NCBI GenBank assembly: GCA_963750165.1
Contig: CAVVPN010000003.1
Location: 1,376,001 to 1,440,000 of the forward strand
DNA length: 64,000 bases
Origin: an uncultured Gemmataceae bacterium
GTDB lineage: Bacteria > Planctomycetota > Planctomycetia > Gemmatales > Gemmataceae
Reading direction: 5' to 3'
How positions within the stretch are numbered: the stretch's first letter is position 1; each line of letters opens with the position of its first letter. Shown in pieces: positions 40,473 through 48,685 of this stretch. Below the pieces are notes generated by a model, which did not search any database, was not told the origin of the DNA, and was given only the letters and a program-made list of their open reading frames with translations. The translations under genes were made by a program, and so were the position numbers.

Positions 40473-41899
40473 CAGTCTCCCCGGCGGGCCTCGTCCAGCA
40501 CCCGGCCCGCAGCGTCCACCAGCTGGACGTGCAGCGCCATCTGGCCGAGGGCGTGCGTCGAGCAACTCAGGCACGGGTCGAAGGCGCGGATGCCGGCCTC
40601 GATGCGGTTGAGCACGCCTTCGGGAATCGTCGCATCCTTGACGTAGTGCTTGGCGATCTGCGTCACCGTGCGGTTCATCGGCAGGTTGTTCTGTCCCGTT
40701 GCAATGAGCAGGTTCACCTTGAGCAGCAGGCCGTTTTCATCGACCGTGTAGTGGTGGAACAGCGTGCCGCGCGGCGCCTCGCTGCAGCCGACGCCGTCGC
40801 GCTGGTTGATGCCGGCCTCGGCCTGCAGCCGGCCGGCGTACAAATCCTCGTCGCCGAGCGCCGCCTCGATCTTTTCCAGGGCCGCCAGGATTTCCAGCAG
40901 TCGGGCATAGTGGTAGAAGAACGAGCTGAGCACGACAGCGCCGCCGCGGCCGCGGTACTCGGCCAGCTCGGCGTCGGCGCGCGGCGAGTTGAAGCGGCGG
41001 GCGACGTTGAGCCGGGCCAGCGGCCCCACCCGGTACGCTCCGTCCGGGTAGCCGAGCGCCTTCCAGTACGGCGATTTCAAATACGACGATGGCTCCCCCG
41101 CCTCGCCCAGAAATTCCTCAAATTTCGCGGGGTCCGCACGGTCGGCGACCGGCTGGCCGGCCGCGTCCACGACGCGCAGCGGGCCATCGTAATGCTCCCA
41201 ATCACCCTCCGGCGTCACCAGGCCCAGGAACAGGCTCGGGAAATGGCCGAACGCGGCCGCCTCGTCCTTGAAGCCGTCGAGCAGTGACTTGAACTTGCCG
41301 AGCGCCGCGGTCGCGGTGGCCAGCGCCTCCGGCAGCTTCTCGCGGATTTTGCCGCCGCCCTCGCGCGGCAGGTGGGCGCGGACGCCGCCGGGGATCGCCC
41401 ACGCGGGGTGAATCTTCTTGCCGCCCAGCCACTCGATGATTTCCTGGCCGAACTGCCGCAGCCGGATGCCGCCGCGGGCCAGCGCCGGCTCGACCGCGGC
41501 CAGGCCGAAGACGTTCCGCTGGGCCGGGTCGCTGTCCAGGCCGAGCAGCAGATCCGGGGCGCTGAGGTGGAAGAAGCTCAGTGCGTGCGACTGGACGATC
41601 TGGGCCAGGTTCATTAGCCGTCGCAGCTTTTCCGCGGCCGGCGGGATGCGCACCGCGAGAATGGCGTCGCCGGCCTTGGCGGAGCAGAGCAGGTGGCTGA
41701 CCGGGCAGATGCCGCAGACGCGCGGCGTGATGCTCGACATCTCCCACAGCGGCCGGCCCTCGCAGAATTTCTCGAAGCCGCGGAACTCCGCGACGTGGAA
41801 GCGCGCGTGATCCACCTGGCCCGCGTCGTTCAGGCGGATGGTGATCTTGGCGTGGCCCTCGATGCGGGTCACGGGGTCGATGATGATCTGCCGGGACAT
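40472..41899 (-). CDS. hoxH: Bidirectional NiFe hydrogenase large subunit
   Basis: [10 protein letters not shown]1 [19 protein letters not shown]2 DPCLSCSTH plus cleavable extension. Confidence 0.95.
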   Translation of the reverse strand: MSRQIIIDPVTRIEGHAKITIRLNDAGQVDHARFHVAEFRGFEKFCEGRPLWEMSSITPRVCGICPVSHLLCSAKAGDAILAVRIPPAAEKLRRLMNLAQIVQSHALSFFHLSAPDLLLGLDSDPAQRNVFGLAAVEPALARGGIRLRQFGQEIIEWLGGKKIHPAWAIPGGVRAHLPREGGGKIREKLPEALATATAALGKFKSLLDGFKDEAAAFGHFPSLFLGLVTPEGDWEHYDGPLRVVDAAGQPVADRADPAKFEEFLGEAGEPSSYLKSPYWKALGYPDGAYRVGPLARLNVARRFNSPRADAELAEYRGRGGAVVLSSFFYHYARLLEILAALEKIEAALGDEDLYAGRLQAEAGINQRDGVGCSEAPRGTLFHHYTVDENGLLLKVNLLIATGQNNLPMNRTVTQIAKHYVKDATIPEGVLNRIEAGIRAFDPCLSCSTHALGQMALHVQLVDAAGRVLDEARRGD

Positions 41900-41914
41900 G
41901 ACGCGGCCCTCCAC

Positions 41915-42036
41915 CTCTTCGGGCGAGCGGCGCGGCGTCAGCCCGCCGGTGTTGTGCAGTACTCTTCGGGCGAGCGGCGCGGCGTCAGCCCGCCGGTGTT
42001 GTGCAGTACCGGCGGGCTGACGCCGCGCCGCTCGCC
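41915..42036. repeat. REP cluster: 47-bp perfect tandem duplication plus an inverted unit
   Basis: 41915-41961 equals 41962-42008; inverted GGCGAGCGGCGCGGCGTCAGCCCGCCGGT to 42036. Confidence 0.88.
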
Positions 42037-42050
42037 TCGAAAACCCAACC

Positions 42051-42593
42051 TCACCCGAAGCGGATGAATTCCCCCGCGAGCGCCGGCGTCTCGCCCTTCA
42101 ACACCGCCTCCAGCAGCGCCCGGATGCGCGGCGCCGGCGGCGGACAGCCGGTCAGGTACACGTCCACCGGCACCACCTCATGCACCGGCCGCGCCTGGTC
42201 CAGCAACGGCGGCAGCACGCCCGCCTCGCCCGGCAGCCCTGGTCGCAGCGTCGCCAGCTCGACGTAACTCCGCCGCAGCACCGGCTCCGCCTTGCCCAGT
42301 GGGTTGCGCAGCGCCGTGACGTTGCCCGTCACCGCACAATCGCCGAACGCCACCAGCACCCGCGTCCGCGCCCGTACCTTGTGGATCATCTCCAGGTTGT
42401 CCGTGTTCGCCACGGCCCCTTCCACGAGCGTCACATCGACGCCCTGCGGGAACTCCTTCACGTCCAGAAGGGGACAGTACACGAGGTCCGCCAGCCGGGC
42501 CAACTCCAGCAGCCACTCGTCCAGGTCGAGGAAGGACATGTGACAGCCGGAACAGCCGCCGAGCCAGATCGTGGCGAGTTTCAGACGTTCCAT
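42051..42593 (-). CDS. hoxY: Bidirectional hydrogenase small subunit
   Basis: [28 protein letters not shown]. Confidence 0.94.
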   Translation of the reverse strand: MERLKLATIWLGGCSGCHMSFLDLDEWLLELARLADLVYCPLLDVKEFPQGVDVTLVEGAVANTDNLEMIHKVRARTRVLVAFGDCAVTGNVTALRNPLGKAEPVLRRSYVELATLRPGLPGEAGVLPPLLDQARPVHEVVPVDVYLTGCPPPAPRIRALLEAVLKGETPALAGEFIRFG

Positions 42594-43297
42594 TCGTGAC
42601 GCTCCCGGGCGACAATGAGCAGTTCCAGCCGGCCGCGCTCGTGCTGCACCCCGGCGACCGGCGTGCCCCGCGGGAACAGCGCCCCTGTCGGACACGCCGC
42701 CACGCACTTGCCGCACGACGTACACGTCTCCGACTGGCCCCACGGCTGGTTCAGGTCCGTGATGACCCAGGAGTGAACGCCGCGCCCCGCCACGTCCCAG
42801 GTGTCGGCGCCCTCCACCTCGTCGCAGACACGCACGCACCGGGTACACAGGATGCAGCGGTTGTGGTCCATGCCGAAGCGCGGGTGGCTGTGATCGACCT
42901 TGAGATCCGGGAACAGGTAGTCGAAGCGGACGTGATCGACGCCGAGCTTCACCGCCAAATCCTGCAGCTCGCAGCGGGTGTTGGCGACGCACACCGAGCA
43001 GACGTGGTTGCGCTCCGCCAGGAACAGCTCGATAATCATCTTGCGGTACTCGGCCAGCCGCGGCGACTGCGTGTGCACGACCATGTTCTCGGCCGCCTGC
43101 GTGACGCACGCCGGCAGCAGCCGCGGGTTGCCCTCGACCTCCACCAGGCACAGGCGGCAGGCGGCCACCTCCGACAGCCCCTCCAGGTGGCACAGGGTCG
43201 GCACGAACACGCCGGCCTCGCGCGCGGCCTGCAGCAGTGTCTCGCCGGCGCGGGCGGTCACGGGCTTGCCGTCGATGGTCAGGGTGTTAACGGCCAT
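42581..43297 (-). CDS. hoxU: Bidirectional hydrogenase diaphorase Fe-S subunit
   Basis: PTLC..ACRLC..AC, HVCSVC..C, CILCTRC..C, CTSCGKC..CP. Confidence 0.94.
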   Translation of the reverse strand: MAVNTLTIDGKPVTARAGETLLQAAREAGVFVPTLCHLEGLSEVAACRLCLVEVEGNPRLLPACVTQAAENMVVHTQSPRLAEYRKMIIELFLAERNHVCSVCVANTRCELQDLAVKLGVDHVRFDYLFPDLKVDHSHPRFGMDHNRCILCTRCVRVCDEVEGADTWDVAGRGVHSWVITDLNQPWGQSETCTSCGKCVAACPTGALFPRGTPVAGVQHERGRLELLIVARERHEWNV

Positions 43298-43333
43298 GCG
43301 CTGCTCCAACAATATGCCCCGGGAACCCCCCGC

Positions 43334-43544
43334 GTTGTGGCACGGTCGGGAGACCGTGCCACAACGGGGTGCGGCTCACACCTCCCGCGTTGTGGCACGG
43401 TCTCCCGACCGTGCCACCTGCCCCGACCGAAGCTCTCCTCTTCTGGTCGCTCGAACGAGGGGAGACCTGCGGTCGGGCCGAGTGGCCTGGTCCGGAGACC
43501 AGGCCACAACAGGAGGGCGAGACCGTGCCACAACAGGGCGCGGC
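43334..43544. repeat. REP cluster GTGGCACGGTC..GACCGTGCCAC containing a composite REP-hairpin-REP unit
   Basis: Several palindromes; the composite unit at ~43389-43511 is homologous to 59770-59894. Confidence 0.85.
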
Positions 43545-45153
43545 TCACACTTCGGGGACCGAGGCCCGCCGCAACTTCGCCTCATACTCCCCCCGGAAAT
43601 GCTTCAAGCTGCTCAACACCGGATTCGGCGCCGACTGCCCCAGGCCACACAGGCTCGTGTGCTTCACCATGTCCGCCAGCGCCTCCAGCCGCGTCACATC
43701 CACCGGCGACCCCGCGCCCCTGACCAGGCGCTCCAGCATGCCGTGCATCTGCACCGTACCGACCCGACACGGGATGCACTTGCCGCACGACTCGTCCTGG
43801 CAAAAGTCCATGAAAAAGCGGGCCACGTCCACCATGTCGGCCTTCTCGTCCAGCACGATCATGCCGCCCGAGCCAACGATGGAGCCGATGGCCGCCATCT
43901 CCTCGTAGTCCACCGGTGTGTCCAGCAGCGACGCCGGCACGAAGCCGCCCGACGGGCCGCCGGTCTGCACCGCCTTGACCTTGCCGCCGTCCGGTGGGCC
44001 GCCGCCCATCACCTCGACGATCTGCCGCAACGGCGTGCCCATCGGCACCTCCACCAGCCCGGTGTAACGCACCTTGCCGGCCAGCGAAAACACCTTGGTG
44101 CCGCGACTCTTGCCCGAGCCGATGGCCGCGTACCACTCCGGGCCGCGGCTGATGATCGGGGCGATGTTGGAAAACGTCTCGACGTTGTTGATGAGTGTCG
44201 GACAGTCCCACAGCCCCTCGACGCCCGGGTATGGCGGTCGCGGCCGTGGCAGGCCGCGCAGCCCTTCAATGGAGTGGATCAGCGCCGTCTCCTCGCCGCA
44301 GACGAACGCCCCGGCGCCGATGCGGATCTGGATGTCGAAGGCGAACGGGCTGTCGAGCACCTGCGCCCCCAGCAGACCGTGACGGCGGGCCTGCTTGAGC
44401 GCCAGTTCCAGGCGGTGGATCGCCAGTGGATACTCGCCGCGGACGTAGACGAAACCCTCGCGGGCGCCGATGGCGTAGCCAGCCAGGGCCATGCCCTCCA
44501 GCACACGATGCGGGTCGCTCTCCAGGACGGTGCGGTCCTTGAACGCGCCCGGGTCGCCCTCGTCCGCGTTGCAGATGACGAACTTGCGGTCGCCCGGCGT
44601 CTTGGCCGCCACGCCCCACTTCAGGCCGGTTGGGTAGCCGGCACCGCCGCGGCCGCGCAGGCCGCTCCGGGCCACCGCGTCCACCACGTCCGCCGGCCGC
44701 AACTCATGCAGCGCGCTGCGCCAGTGCCTGGTACGCGCCCGCGGCAATCGCCGACTCGATCCGCTCCGGATCGACCCGCCCGCAGTTCTCCAGCACCACC
44801 GACATCTGCCCCGCGAAGAACGGGTGGTCCGGTGGTGCCTTCGGTGCCGTCGCGGTACCGCCGCGGGCCGCCTCGACCAGCGACGGCGCGTTCTCCGGCG
44901 TCACCTGCAGGTACAGATCGTCGCCCGGATCGACGCGCACCAGCGGCCCCTGACTGCACAGCCGCAGGCAACCGACGCCGACCACCTCGGCCCGGTCCTG
45001 CAAGCCCGCGGCGGTCACGGCCCCTTCGAGCGCCTGCTTGACGCCCTGGCTGTTCGCCGACTGGCAGCCGGCCGCGACGCAGCAGCGGAAGCGCAGCGGC
45101 TTGTGGGCCGCCGTCTCGGTTTCCGCGATGACGCTCAGTTCACTCGGCTCCAT
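43545..45153 (-). CDS. hoxF: Bidirectional hydrogenase flavoprotein subunit (NuoF-like); apparent frameshift near 44722
   Basis: N-terminal 2Fe-2S thioredoxin-like domain; [41 protein letters not shown]. Confidence 0.92.
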
Positions 45154-45658
45154 GCGCCAGCCACCCTTTCACGCGCTCCCGGATCGACTCGACGCTGACA
45201 TGGCCCGCGACGGTGCCGTCGTAGACCACCGCCGGGGCGATGCCACATGCCCCCAGGCAGCGGGCCGAGAGCAGCGATACCCGGTTGTCCGCGGACGTGT
45301 CTCCCGCCTTGACGTGGGCCAGTTGCTCCACCGCCCCCACCAGCGCCGCCGCCCCCTTGACGTAGCAGGCGGTGCCCATGCACACGACGCACTGGTGTTC
45401 GCCGCGCGGCGTCAGCGAGAAGAAATGGTAGAACGTGGCGACGCCGTAGACCCGGCTCGGCGGCAGCTTCATCTTGTGCGCGACGAAGTGCAGCAGGTCC
45501 ACGTCCAGGAAGCCGAACAACTCCTGGGCCAGGTGCAGCACTTCAATGAGCGCATGCTGGGCGAAGCGATGGCGCTTCATCTCGGCTTCGAGGCGTTTGA
45601 AGCGCTTGTCACCGCTGGGATGAGGCGGGGCCGGCGCCGTGTGCGGACCTGGGTTCAT
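45140..45658 (-). CDS. hoxE: Bidirectional hydrogenase 2Fe-2S subunit (NuoE-like)
   Basis: LIEVLH..YGVATFY, CMGTAC, CLGACGIAP; GGAG RBS. Confidence 0.93.
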   Translation of the reverse strand: MNPGPHTAPAPPHPSGDKRFKRLEAEMKRHRFAQHALIEVLHLAQELFGFLDVDLLHFVAHKMKLPPSRVYGVATFYHFFSLTPRGEHQCVVCMGTACYVKGAAALVGAVEQLAHVKAGDTSADNRVSLLSARCLGACGIAPAVVYDGTVAGHVSVESIRERVKGWLAHGAE

Positions 45659-46237
45659 GGAGACTCCTTCACCGGGCATGATCCGTTGCCGTCCCCGCTG
45701 GTGGGGGTCGATCCCCTGGCAGCAGTATAGGGCGTGGCCCGACCGGGGGACAGACCGGCACACGCTTCAAGCAAATTCAGGGGCGGTTGCTGCGCGGGGC
45801 GCGACATCTCGCCCCCGGGCTGGTTTCGCCGCTGCGGCGCCGCACCACGACTCACGGGCGCTGTGCGGTTTTGCGCCACCCAGGGGCCGCCCTGTGCGGG
45901 GCGAGCACAGGACAGCGGCGGCGCGAGCCCCTTGGGGTCGCGCCGGGCATTGGCGGAGGTCGTGCAGATCGGTCAGCGAATCAAATGAGTTCGGCTACCT
46001 TGCCGCGGGCCGTTGCCGAGTTCGGAGGCCGTTCAAGCTACTCCGGCTGTAGCTTTTACAGATTCCGGCGCACGCGACTTGCAATCCAGCTTCTGGGAGG
46101 TTACGTTTTTTGTCAGGCGCTGGCGTAGCGCAGCGCCTGGCGGAGAGCGTAAAATCTGAAAAATCGACCCTTGCTTGATAGGACGCGCGGCGCGCCCTAA
46201 TCACCTGGTTCGGCGAAGAAGGTGGAGGTGGCGTCGC

Positions 46238-46660
46238 GTGGAACGCTGGGTCGCCTACGCCCTGATCTCAATGGCGTTCGCCGGGTTCACCTCGGTCATC
46301 GCTAAACAGGGACTGGCCGGCATCTCGGGCGAACTCGGGCTGGCCGTTCGCACCTGCTTCGTGGCCCTTTTCGTCTTGGGGTTCGCGGCTGTCGCTGTGC
46401 CCCGCGAGCAGGTCGGCTCGCTTGCCCGCCACAACCTCCTGTGGCTCGGGCTATCCGGAGTGACCACGGCCGCATCGTGGGTGTTTTACTACAAGGCTCT
46501 CAAGGACGGCGAGGTGTCCACAGTCGCCCTGATCGACAAGGGCAGCTTCATGGTGGCCGTGGTCCTAGCATGGCTGCTGCTCGGCGAGCGGATCACGACC
46601 CGGATTGCCGTAGGGAGCGCGCTTATCTTGGCCGGGCTGGTCGTCGTGTCCCGCCGATAG
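46238..46660 (+). CDS. EamA/DMT family small membrane transporter
   Basis: GGAGG RBS plus GTG; about 5 TM; SWVFYYKALKDGEVSTVALIDK, LLGE. Confidence 0.88.
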   Translation: MERWVAYALISMAFAGFTSVIAKQGLAGISGELGLAVRTCFVALFVLGFAAVAVPREQVGSLARHNLLWLGLSGVTTAASWVFYYKALKDGEVSTVALIDKGSFMVAVVLAWLLLGERITTRIAVGSALILAGLVVVSRR

Positions 46661-46671
46661 CCGCCACGGGC

Positions 46672-46833
46672 TAAGTGGTTCGTACCGCCCCATTAACTGG
46701 AGGGTTGCGGGATCGTTCGTAGGACGGCTCTCCAGAGCCGTCCCGGGGCGAGCAGGACGGCTCTGGAGAGCCGTCCTACGGTCCCAGGCCGTCACCCCCC
46801 AACTCTCCAGTTAATGGCGGTACGGACCACTAA
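46672..46833. mobile_element. MITE-like element with ~35-bp imperfect inverted arms enclosing a REP doublet
   Basis: AGTGGTTCGTACCGCCCCATTAACTGGAGGGTTG ... CAACTCTCCAGTTAATGGCGGTACGGACCACT; inner GTAGGACGGCTCTCCAGAGCCGTCC doublet. Confidence 0.65.
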
Positions 46834-47055
46834 AGCACGCCAAACGAGGGGGTTCACCTGTCCCTGCGGGGATGTAGGCTTTTCGGGAACTCATGGTCCT
46901 CAGTGCCCGCCGGGCTCGCTCTGACTGCGGGCATGGTAACATATGAGTCGTTGCACGTGACGGGCCAACTGAGGTTCATCTGCTAAATAGAAGTCGAGTG
47001 GCCCGCACCTGAGCTATGTTGTTCGTCAGACCGTTTCAACGAAAGACCACGAATC

Positions 47056-48197
47056 ATGAAGCGACATCAATTGGGGGCAGTGCGGCTGGTCGTGGCGGTA
47101 CTGCTGTACGCCGCGTGGGCGCCGGCGCCGGCCGCTGGCCAGGCGCCGCAGGAGGTCAAGCGCGTGCGCGTGCTGCTGGCGCTCGACACCGACGACCGCA
47201 TGGGCGCGACCTGGGGCCTGGACGGCGACAACCTGCGACTGCTGATCGAGCACGCCGTCAAGAAGCAGGGCCTGGCCGGGCGCGTCACCATCGACCAGTT
47301 CACCGGCAAACAGTGTGCGCCGCAGTTCATCCTCGGATATTATCAAAACCTCAACACCGGCCCCGACGAGGCGCTGCTGTTCTACTTCTCCGGACACGGC
47401 GGCTACGACGGCAAGAAGGGGCACTTCCTGGCGCTGACGCGGGGCGCCCTGTATCGCCGTGACCTGCTGGCGGCGATGGCGACGAAGAATCCCCGGCTGC
47501 GCGTGGTGCTCACCGACTGCTGCGCCAACCTGGCGCGGGCGCCTGGCAGGGCGAGCCGGCGGGCGCCGTGACGCGGCCGCTGCAGGGGGAGGGCGATGGC
47601 AGGTCCCAGCCGCGGGCGGCGAAACAGGAGCCACCGAAGCGCTACGAGGTGCTCGCCAAGGTGACGCCGCGGCCGCCGATCGAACCGCTGCGGCCCGACC
47701 TCGGCAACATCATCCGCCCCGTCCAGCGTGCGAAAAAAGAGGAGCCGCCGCGGCGCAGCGTGGCGAACCTGAACCCGAGCCCGAACGGTCCGGTCAACCC
47801 GAAGGCCAAAAAAGAGGAGCCGCCGTTCGAGCTGTCGCGCGGCGTGATGCTGCGCACGGCGGCCGGGGCGATCACTTTCGAGGACGTGCTCAGGAAGACC
47901 GACGGGGCGGCGCTGCGTGACCTGCTATTTCGGCAACGGGGGCTGGTGGACATCAACGGCTGCAAGCTGGGCAAGCTGTCGCACGGCACCCTGGAATGGG
48001 GCGGCAGTCTGTTCACCATCGCGTTCCTGTTGTTACAGGCCGAGGACCGCCAGCAGCTGGGGGCGCCGCCGGGCGGCACGCTGACCTGGGAGCGGTTCTT
48101 CCCGGTGTGGATGCAGATGACGGAGCGTGTCACGCGCGGCACCACGCGCGGGCAGGTGTCGCAGTCGCCGGAGGCGTTCAAGCTCGGCGGACCGTGA
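47056..48197 (+). CDS. Exported caspase-like (peptidase C14) protein, split near 47550-47571
   Basis: Signal peptide; FYFSGHG and LTDCC catalytic dyad; p10-like GGSLFT in ORF 47568-48197. Confidence 0.75.
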
Positions 48198-48246
48198 GGC
48201 CCTGTGGGGGGCGTGGCCAACGATTTTTTCCAACCTTGGAGGGCGC

Positions 48247-48624
48247 ATGAAACGGGCGCTGGCAGGCGTGATCGTGGCGGGGTTGTTCCTGTTGCTGGTC
48301 GGGCAGAGTGGCCAGGCCAATTCCAAGGACGGGCCACGGCGCTGGACGCGGACCATCAAGAAGAACAGCGAGGTCATTTACAAGATTGTGTTCCTCGCCG
48401 AGAAGCAGCAGGCCCGGCGTCTTGCCGAGTTCTGCGTCATTGGTGACGGCAGCACCGACGTGGATGTCTTCGTCTACGACGCCAGCGGCAAGCAGGTGGT
48501 GTCGGACACCGGCTACAGCGACCTGGGCATGGTGCGCTGGGCGCCGAATGTGACGCAGGAGTACACCATCAAGGTCAAGAACCTCGGCAACGAGGACAAC
48601 ACCTGCGTGATCGGGCACAACTGA
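48247..48624 (+). CDS. Small secreted beta-sandwich (PPC-like) protein
   Basis: GGAGG RBS; signal peptide; GDGSTDVDVFVYD..YTIKVKN. Confidence 0.75.
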   Translation: MKRALAGVIVAGLFLLLVGQSGQANSKDGPRRWTRTIKKNSEVIYKIVFLAEKQQARRLAEFCVIGDGSTDVDVFVYDASGKQVVSDTGYSDLGMVRWAPNVTQEYTIKVKNLGNEDNTCVIGHN

Positions 48625-48630
48625 CGCGGC

Positions 48631-48675
48631 CTTCATTCATGGTTTCGCGCGGGCCGCGCGAAACCATGAATGAAG
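48631..48675. terminator. Hairpin between convergent genes
   Basis: CTTCATTCATGGTTTCGCGCG/CGCGCGAAACCATGAATGAAG perfect stem. Confidence 0.75.
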
Positions 48676-48685
48676 ACCAAATGTC

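Noticed and set aside
41915..42036. Direct repeats as a possible CRISPR array (also 43334-43544)
   Set aside because: No unique spacers, irregular spacing, REP-like palindromes and no cas genes in the window
45770..45787. Sigma54-like element upstream of hoxE (CCGCCCCTGAATTTGCT on the minus strand)
   Set aside because: Lacks the invariant -24 GG
45900..46237. Riboswitch (fluoride or guanidine) upstream of the EamA transporter
   Set aside because: No consensus motifs recognisable; only a small hairpin near 46114-46140
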